A stretch of 61,008 nucleotides of DNA, the filler included, from Ionaspis alba (taxonomy: Eukaryota), in the NCBI GenBank assembly GCA_964255285.1. It is 10 parts of 10 records of this genome, joined end to end, with 100 filler letters (N's around TTAATTAATTAA, not from the genome) between each part and the next. Parts side by side here need not be neighbours in the genome. Positions count along the whole stretch, not along the records: positions 48,954 to 54,931 come from CAXUUL010000965.1; positions 55,032 to 61,008 come from CAXUUL010000966.1; 8 more parts are not named here. One strand, given 5' to 3'. Below are positions 52,988 through 61,008 of the stretch, one piece after another. The position numbers and the translations under genes were made by a program. The notes beneath the pieces were generated by a model. The model saw only the letters and a list, made by a program, of their open reading frames with translations, made no database searches and was not told the origin of the DNA. The stretch's first letter is position 1. Every line of letters starts with the position of its first letter.

Positions 52988-54208
52988 ATGGCTGCTTCGA
53001 GACTCGCCTTTCGTTCTCTGCGCTCTAAGGTCCCTGCCCCTTCAACCTTCCGTCATGCTCGACCATACTCCTCGACAAGTTCGCAAACGGCAAACACCTC
53101 GAACAGCTCTCACGTCTCTCACATCTTCCTTGCTGGTCTTGCGGGTGGAGCGGTAAGCTTTGCTGGCGGCTACACATGGTATCACTTCTCTGGCGCCAAG
53201 ACTGCTGTCAACCTCGCCAAATCAACCAAACACTACTTCGAAAAGACTTCTAAGCAATTCGCAGAGTCCGCCCCCGAGCCGAACGAAGCGTTGCAATGGC
53301 TTCGTCATACGGCAACCTCCTATGCCGCCTTCATACCTGGAGCGAAAGGTTATATCAATTCAGCCTTTGATGACCTCGACGCTATTCGCAACAAGCATGG
53401 CGATAAAGTGGATGGCATCGTACGGGAGGCCTACAACGAGTTGAAGGAGGTGACGAAGGAAAAGGGAATGAGCGCGGAGACTGCTCTGCAAGTTTGGGAG
53501 ATTACCCAGAAACATCTCAAGCGCATTGGTGATTTAGCTGGTGATGCTGTGGAAGACATCCTTAACAACCATCCTGAAATCAAGGCCAAGGTGGGCGGAA
53601 ACATCGATAATCTGAAAGCTCTCGGTGACAAGTACGGACCGGAAGCCAAGAAGCAAGTCGACCAAACCTGGGACCAGATCAGGGACATCGTCAAAAGCGG
53701 TGTGAGTATGGATACCGCTTCTAGAATACGTTCCCTCATTCAGGAGAAGACCGAGAAGCTGCAGCAGCTGGGTGATCAAGCGTGGAAGACAGGGCTGGAG
53801 CAGGCTAAACCGTATCTTGACAAATCTCCCAAGGTCAAAGAACTTGTCGAACATAACGCCGACCAGCTGAAGAAGGGCAACGTGACCGAACTGTGGCAAA
53901 AGGTCAAGGATAGCATTCAGTCCGGCAACACAGAGTCTGTCGAGCAGTACATCAAGTCGGCCGTCGACAAGGCAAAGTCACAGGGTCAAGATGCCACGGG
54001 AGGTTTGGAGCAGTACTTCAACATGATTCCGGGAGCGGAAAAGGTCGTGCCGACCCTATCAAGGCTGTCGGAAATTGGTCAAAAGCATGGAAAGGAGGCG
54101 GAGCATTTGCTGAAAGAGGCCTTTGAGGAGATTCAGCAGGTATTGCAGAAGAAGGTTGGGGAGGCGGAGAAGCTCGCAGAGAAGGCGAAAAAGACCGGGA
54201 ATGAGTAG
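52988..54208 (+). CDS. Probable mitochondrial apolipoprotein/LEA-like amphipathic helical protein
   Basis: Arg/Ser-rich presequence (MAASRLAFRSLRSK...RPYSS), TM (LAGLAGGAVSFAGGYTWY), then K/E/Q/A-rich helical repeats; intronless 406 aa. Confidence 0.75.
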   Translation: MAASRLAFRSLRSKVPAPSTFRHARPYSSTSSQTANTSNSSHVSHIFLAGLAGGAVSFAGGYTWYHFSGAKTAVNLAKSTKHYFEKTSKQFAESAPEPNEALQWLRHTATSYAAFIPGAKGYINSAFDDLDAIRNKHGDKVDGIVREAYNELKEVTKEKGMSAETALQVWEITQKHLKRIGDLAGDAVEDILNNHPEIKAKVGGNIDNLKALGDKYGPEAKKQVDQTWDQIRDIVKSGVSMDTASRIRSLIQEKTEKLQQLGDQAWKTGLEQAKPYLDKSPKVKELVEHNADQLKKGNVTELWQKVKDSIQSGNTESVEQYIKSAVDKAKSQGQDATGGLEQYFNMIPGAEKVVPTLSRLSEIGQKHGKEAEHLLKEAFEEIQQVLQKKVGEAEKLAEKAKKTGNE

Positions 54209-55031
54209 AATTTTGTTAGAAGCAAGTTGGCGATCGTGGTGCTAAGGGGAAAGGTGGACTCTAGAGCGTTGCGGATCAGCTTAATCGGCATTCTCGGGAG
54301 CACAACCATAATTATCTCAGTCAGAGAAGCCGGTTCCATAACGCGTATGTCAAAGCAAATAATTACGTATATGGTAACACCTTTTTCATGTCATTCCCTA
54401 TGATATATCGATCCTTTTTCCACAGCTCATGGTGACGAGGTTCTTTTGGGATCTGACATGATTGAGTAAACCTCGAAATACTCTCCTATTATTCTTCCAA
54501 GCTCATCAGAGTATTACCCTCTTTCCTTTATAGATGCGGCTCCCGGTGCTTTCACAGTCAGTTCAGCAATTTCTCTTTGATGCTCCCCCAGAAGCCAGTT
54601 TTGATGACAGATCATGTTCCGTTGAGCCAGTTCGCTCAGTAGCCGACATCATCATCAATCACACACTCGACGTCAACAAAAGAGACGTGACTTCTGTACG
54701 AACTTCTTCGAGGGTTTTGACCAATCCGGCCCTCTTCCGCTCCTAATTCATAGATCAGTACAGGCCTTGGAGCTCGTACTAGGTCACGTCGTTCCAACCA
54801 GTCATACTTGAATTACCATACTCCACGACCCAAATCACGATCTATGCTAGACTGAAGCACGCCCTGTAATGGCCTGCACGAACCCGATTGGTTTGGAGTG
54901 TTTAGAAGTATGGATTGGAGGAGATTGTGGCNNNNNNNNNNNNNNNNNNNNNNNNNNNNNNNNNNNNNNNNNNNNTTAATTAATTAANNNNNNNNNNNNN
55001 NNNNNNNNNNNNNNNNNNNNNNNNNNNNNNN

Positions 55032-55754
55032 AACATTCCGAGAATGGCAACTTTCTTGCCGGGTCCGGTGTGGGCTCGTACTAAGGGGCTGTAGACCGTG
55101 ATGCCAGCGCATAGCATGGGTGCTGCCATCTCGGTAGGAATGTTGTCGGGAATCTTGAAGGTGAAATATTCGTGTGCGCGCATGTGGCTGGCGTAACCGC
55201 CTTGGGACATGGTGCCATCGGGATAGGGAGCGTTGTAGGTATCTGATTGACATACTTCAGCATTCGATACCACCGCGAGACATTAAACAACGTACCGACT
55301 TGCTTTGGGCAGTAGTTCTCGTTATCACTCTTGCAGATCTTGCACTCCAAGCACGCCCAGATCTGGGCTCCGACTCCGACACGGTCTCCCACCTTTACCG
55401 TGGTCACTTTGTCTCCGACTTTGATTGCCTTGCCGACGACTTCATGACCGACGCAAAGAGGAAGATTAGCCTTTCCCCAGCCGCCGGTTATTGTGTGGAC
55501 GTCACTTCCGCAAACTCCGCAAGCATCCTGTCGCCGCTGTTAGTAGGGGAAGATCAATTGAGGGGGTTGCCATACGATCTTGATGTCGATATCTCGATCA
55601 CCGAATGGCTTGGGTTTGAACTGTATAAACCATTAGTATTGGAGCAATTGGGAGTTGACAAGTACGATAAGTGACTTACCTCTTTCTTCTCGAAGTCACT
55701 CCATTTCTCATGGGAGGAGACTTGGTAGCCCTCGAAGGTATCTGGGTAAGGCAT
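55032..55754 (-). CDS. NADP-dependent alcohol dehydrogenase (ADH6/7, cinnamyl-alcohol dehydrogenase-like), truncated
   Basis: MPYPDTFEGY, ACGVCGSDVH, VGHEVVG, GDRVGVGAQ..ACLECKIC...ENYC, GGYASH, APMLCAGITVYSPL. Confidence 0.95.
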
Positions 55755-56327
55755 CTTGGTTATTGTGTTGATGTATTTTGAGACTTTGCAATTGAGGTTG
55801 TGAGATGGAGGAATTGAGATTGCAAGGTATGATGTAGTGGTGAGAGATCACAGAACTGTTCGTCAATGTTTATTTATATTTTCACATATAGTGGGGCACA
55901 TATCATTACAATGTTCAACCGCCATTACGTAGTTCATCCACTTGTACCCGTTATTCGGAGCGATCGAAAAAGTTTCCACTATGAGGTCATGTTTACCACT
56001 ACATCGGTTGGCCGGCCGGCAGCCGTTGGACGAATTCGGGTTCCTCAGACCGATGCTAGATCGACCAATTAATCACCACATATTGTTGACGATGGCAGCT
56101 GCTTTTTCACAGTACAAAAATGGTCTCTGTTGATAATGGCTCTTACGAACCGAGTCGGTCATGAACACGAGATCGTTTGAAGCATGGCATATTGGAGTAC
56201 AAGTATCTAACAGAATTCGAAAATTTATAAGGTCATGGCGATGTATCTTATCGTTTAGATATCTTCCTAGATCCCCTCAAATTTCCTACCTTAGATGTAT
56301 CTTTACTCAGCCGCATATATCTCCGCT

Positions 56328-59107
56328 TCAGTTTCTCGGACACCTTCCCTTGCCAAACCGATCTTCACACGTATCCTTCCCACCTTTGTTGTTAACAACA
56401 ATCCCTACATTCACGCCTGGGGGGGTATTGCCGGAAACGATTACTCCGTTGGCAAGATTTCTGCGAATACCTGGACAACACAGACGATCAGCCAAATCCA
56501 CATTCCACTCTCCCCAAGGCCGGAGAGTATCAGCACGAGGATGTGACCGAACACTAACCTATGCGCTTGAAATAGTCAACAAAGTCCCGTGCAGGAGCGC
56601 CACGGAGCTTGAACTCTGGTCGGGACATCTCGTACGCCACGAGGCCAGCGACCATTGGCGAAGCTGTGGAGATCCGAACGTCAGCTACCAGTCAATAGCA
56701 GCGGTACGGACGGCACGGCAAGCTTACAGAATGAAGTGCCAGACATAGTTGTGTATCCAGTGCCGGCAAAGAACCCCAGGAAACCACCGCTGCCAGGCAA
56801 GTTCTTCGACGCAACCTCAATTTCATTACCTGGAGCATAAAGATCGACACATTTGCCCCAATTGGAGAAGAACGCCTTCTTGCCAGAGTCGTCGACAGCC
56901 CCAACGACGATTACCTTCTCTTTCGGTGATAGGTACTGCGGAGTGGAATTACATGCTCCGTCCTTCTTGTTATCGTTACCGGCAGCAACCACGAAGATGA
57001 AACCTTCGTCCGCAAGGGACGTGACGAGTTCGGCGACAACATCGTCCCCGCTAGGCTTGACGACGCCTAGCACAATATATTACTCAGACTAATACCTCAA
57101 ACTCAGTTGAGGGGAGACTAACCGATTGAAAGGTTGACGACAGCTTTGCGAAGATACCCATTATTCTTCGCGTGTTCATATACCTTTCCGAGAGCTTCAA
57201 GATCTAGAGCCGAATTAGTTTACCATACGTAAACAGGGCGTCTTTGGAGCTGGCCAGGGGCGCTGGAGAAATGGACCCACAGGTTCTGAATTTATCAAAG
57301 TTATCGCTGTTGGTTGCACGATTGGGATCTGACGTCTCGGAGAGAAGCTTAAAGCTCGTGACTTTAGCTTTTTTAGCGACTCCAAGCTTAATACCATTGA
57401 CCATGCTGCAAGAATTGACAGAACACTTAGTGGAGTCTTCATACACGAGACAATGGAGATTGATACCTTGCTGCCGCCGTCCCGTGTCCGTCTAAGTCAT
57501 AGCCACCTGTGGGACCGGCTTTTTCCCAGCTAAAGAACTCCGTCAGAGCTCTCATTGTGCTTGCTGGGGAAGAGTGGAGATCTTACGGGATGACGGTGCC
57601 ACCCTCGGTCAGCTGGCCTTGACCCCACTCTGGATGATTGAGAGTAGCTCCTATTAAAATCCTCTTCAGCGTCGCGGCCCTCTAAGTAGTAGTAAAGCTC
57701 ATCATACCTGAATCGACGACGTAAACCATAATCCCTTCACCAGCTCTCGAGTCATACGTATAATCCTTAGGGCCTGAGCGGGTTTGGGATATGAATTTCA
57801 AGTGTGCTGGACTGTTGGCTTGCGTGGTTAGAGATACCTTCTGGGACTGTCTCTTTGCCATCTGAAACGCGGAACCTATGGGTGATAGCCATCTCCTTCT
57901 TTTGGGAGGCGAAATTGGCGCCGGATATCTGTTCTCGATATGGTTGGGATCTTGCTCGAGGATATTGATGTCCTCTTCGATGACCATCAACACCTTGGGA
58001 TCTCGCCTCAACTCATCCAGCACGTTGCTGGGAGCGGTAAGCTGGAAAGACTGGAACACAATTTCAATCCTGTGGATGGGTTCCGGTTCATCCCGCTTGC
58101 TCTGCTTTGCATATCGACTTTGGAACGACATGAACTCGGCTTCGGAGAGACCCTTTTTCATTACAACGAGTCCAGTCGGGATGTGACTGTCTCCAAAAGT
58201 GGCGCGTATGAAGTAAACCTGATCGCCTGCTGTGACAGATCCCGCAGTGTAGCCTCTGGATAGACAACGCTGCATTACCTTGGTCTAGCCGCCAAACATC
58301 CTGAGTCAGCCTAGTCATCTGAGAGTTTTGACATGAGCCTACCATAGCTTGCTCGCAACTACTCCAGTCTCCTTGCTTCTGGCTTTGCGTCCTTCGCTCC
58401 ACCAACAGGTTCCAATGAGGAGATCCGACATTGACAAAACTCTTCGAGCACCCACCACTTCCGCCGGCAGAATTGGAGCAACCACATACGGCATTCACTC
58501 CCCTGACTATCGCTGTTGCGTCGAAGGGATCTTTGTCTCCTGCTAGTTGACCGATGCCGCCAGGCAAACCGGTACACTGAGCCTCAGGGACAGCATTGGA
58601 CAGCTTGAGGGTATATTTCTCGCCGTCATGTTGCCAAACGCCCGTGCTGGAGGCTCCACTGTCGAGACATTGGGATTGTATCTGAGCCTGAAAGCGTGAT
58701 TGCTAGTGTCAGAGTTTGATATGTATGAAGAGGTAGCACCACGTCAAGAAATTAGATGAACGAACCACACCACCTTCGCAATTACTATACCTGGGGCGTC
58801 CACCCTGAATCCACTGCTTGCGAAGTAGGAGATCAGAATTCTTAGCAGTGTTGGTCACGATTTGTCGGCAGTCTTCCGCTGGCTGACCGTCACAGTTGAT
58901 TACCAGCTTTGGGCCAGTGCCACAAACCCCTTGTCTCAGGTCAACCGGAGCAAGCCACGTCCCAGGCAGTACTCCCATTGCTGGACCTGAGCAATCAGCT
59001 GCGGAGACAGCAAGAGGATTGATTGTCCATAACAGCAGATATAAAGATAGTGAGAGCGAAGAACCGGACCAAGAACCCTTGATAACGGAAAGAAGTGTTA
59101 CAACCAT
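56328..59107 (-). CDS. Secreted subtilisin-like serine protease (S8, proteinase K-like) with N-terminal tandem Cys-rich domains and I9-like prodomain
   Basis: Intact triad: VYVVDSG (Asp), DLDGHGT (His, ~57490), SGTSF|SSP (Ser); oxyanion VVAAGND; FSNWGKCVDLYAPG. Upstream exons are joined in frame by introns 58765-58688 and 58342-58285. Confidence 0.85.
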
Positions 59108-59963
59108 TTTGAACGGCTCAAAATACTTGCACAAATATAGGTGAAGAGAGAATTCCACGGGCAACGAACGAGATATATAGGAATCTATCCAGAAACACCC
59201 ACATGCCCAAAGGCCCATGAATTCTCGCAATGTCCATTCTGGTCAACCATGCAGGTAACAACGTGAGTCAGGCTCACGTTCTTGTGAGTGATCACCCCAC
59301 GAATAGAACGAGGTTCAGCGATCGTGATGGTTGCTGACCTTGACCACTGTGTACAAGATTGAAGGGATGGAAAACCACAATGATGTCCCACGATTCCTCA
59401 GCTTCCGAGCATGTACTCCCGGCAAGCTAAGTTGGTAAGCATCTTACATGCAATCATTTTTCGGGAAAAACTAAAATCCGTTCGAGCAGGTGGTTCGTTC
59501 TTCGCACATCAGACTGACGGTAACTGATATAGGACGGTTGGTAATCACTGTTATGACAAAGGAAGAAGATGTTGGTGGCGGGATGCTGCAGAACGAGGTC
59601 GATTTCTCGCATAACTGTGTCTTGGCGTCATCCTCAGCAACTGCCGTCGGGAGTAGAAAAGATCGAACTAGGCCATATCCAATTATCCGGGCTATGGATA
59701 GTAATCAGATTTGATCTACGGCATGCCCTGTTGTTCTTTGTAATTTGCGCACCAGACAAGACCGGAGAAGGGTTCGCTCAAAAATTGTTCAACCGATCGG
59801 TGTGCACGACAGCCTTCATCGACTAATAAGCTACAATCAAGGTATTGTAAGAACGTTAGCTTGAACTTGCTTGCATGTATCACCATCGTACATATCAATT
59901 GAGACATGCCATAGCGACTCAACCTCTGCCTGATTTGAGATTCTCAAGGCTCCGCCTATTCCC

Positions 59964-60937
59964 TTACCATTTCTCCACATACGGTCTGATATCCAGTTCA
60001 TGTGTAAACATCGTCCTAGGTTGTGTATGTAGATACCAGTACTGGTCCGCAATCTACCAATCGTCATGTCAGTAAAATAGGTCGAGACCATATCTCTTCC
60101 ACTCGCGGCCAAAGAAGGAAACTCACCGCCTCAGGACTGATCTTTGCATCCGGCGCATCAGACACCTTCCACTCCTTTGTCCTCTCAATATCAATAACTC
60201 CATCCACAATCACATGTCCCACATGCAACCCTTTAGGACCAAATTCCCTGCCCAAGCTCTGAGCGAGCGCTCTCAGCGCAAACTTCCCGGTCGCGAACGA
60301 CGAGCATTGCGCCGAGCCCTTCAGCGAAGCCGTTGCGCCCGTGAATATCAGCGTTGGCGGGTATGTCCCTTGTGCAGGCTCGGCAACGCTGTCGAGCAGC
60401 AATGGCACGACGTGGTTGGCGAAGAGAAAACCGCCCCGGCCGTTGGCCTCCCATCCGGCAGAGTACTCTTCTAGGCTCATTTGTAGAAACGGTTTGCGGA
60501 TGAAGCTGCCTCCGACGTTGAAGACTGCGGCGGCGACTTTGGGAACCTGACCACCTTCGCCCATTGATCTTATCTTCTTGAAAGCGGCATCGACGCTCTC
60601 GGGAGAACTGATATCTGTGCTTATGCCGATGGCTTTGCCGCCGCTCTTTTCGATTTCGTCGATTAGAGGTTCGTAGTTGGCGGGTTTGCGGGCGAGGAGA
60701 ACGACAGGGTAACTGTATGATAGGAGTGGTTAGCCATAATTTGTGGACATTGGGTACTTTGGATGAACGAGACTAAAAATTAGATAGAAGCCGGCGAGCT
60801 CAATGTGGCTATCCCTCAATATTGTAACAGTATGTATGCTGATTGACTCACGTCTTTGCGAACTTCCTCGCGACACTGGCACCTGTCCCTGGTCCAACGC
60901 CTGCCACGATCGCTAATGCCTTACTCGAAGGTGCCAT
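59964..60937 (-). CDS. Short-chain dehydrogenase/reductase (atypical, FxxxK), 3 exons
   Basis: AIVAGVGPGTG (Rossmann), AVFNVGG, LIFTGATASLKG, FATGKFALRALAQSLGREFGPKGLHV.HV..DGVI, last exon IADQYWYLHTQP...ELDIRPYVEKW*. Confidence 0.93.
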
Positions 60938-61008
60938 TATACCTTTTACAATCGGAGTCGTAGTGAAATGCCTGCTTAGTTGGCTAAGGCGAGCACTGAT
61001 TGGTGGTG

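Noticed and set aside
56161..56748. 195-aa + strand ORF
   Set aside because: Overlaps the last exons of the subtilase on the opposite strand; no independent coding signal

Overview
Eukaryotic DNA from a filamentous ascomycete (Pezizomycotina; a lichen-forming lineage is plausible but unproven). It is not one locus. Ten ~6 kb contigs sorted by decreasing length (6055, 6036, 6031, 6027, 6024, 5997, 5994, 5989, 5978, 5977 bp) are joined by artificial 100-bp linkers (44 N + TTAATTAATTAA + 44 N), and there are two 100-N scaffold gaps, so neighbourhood only matters within a contig. Genes carry spliceosomal introns. Recognisable genes: NUP133, GCN5, OST5, RAD1-family checkpoint clamp, AHA1, GH81 endoglucanase, medA, STF2-like, a CYP7-like P450, a FAD oxidase, a bZIP-DUF3425 factor, DUF3405, NADP-ADH, an SDR and a subtilase. 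Most interesting: (1) a divergent pair of an atypical Hsp70-fold ATPase and a protein with a GrpE/MIEAP-like C-terminus; (2) a subtilase with two tandem Cys-rich secreted-toxin-like domains ahead of its prodomain, each with an intron at the same position; (3) an ascomycete homologue of the mushroom luciferase Luz; (4) a possible DUF247-like membrane protein; (5) recurring C-rich to G-rich skew switches independent of gene orientation; (6) an intron-split ATG and a doubly frameshifted F-box gene. Family assignments come from recalled motifs, not database searches.
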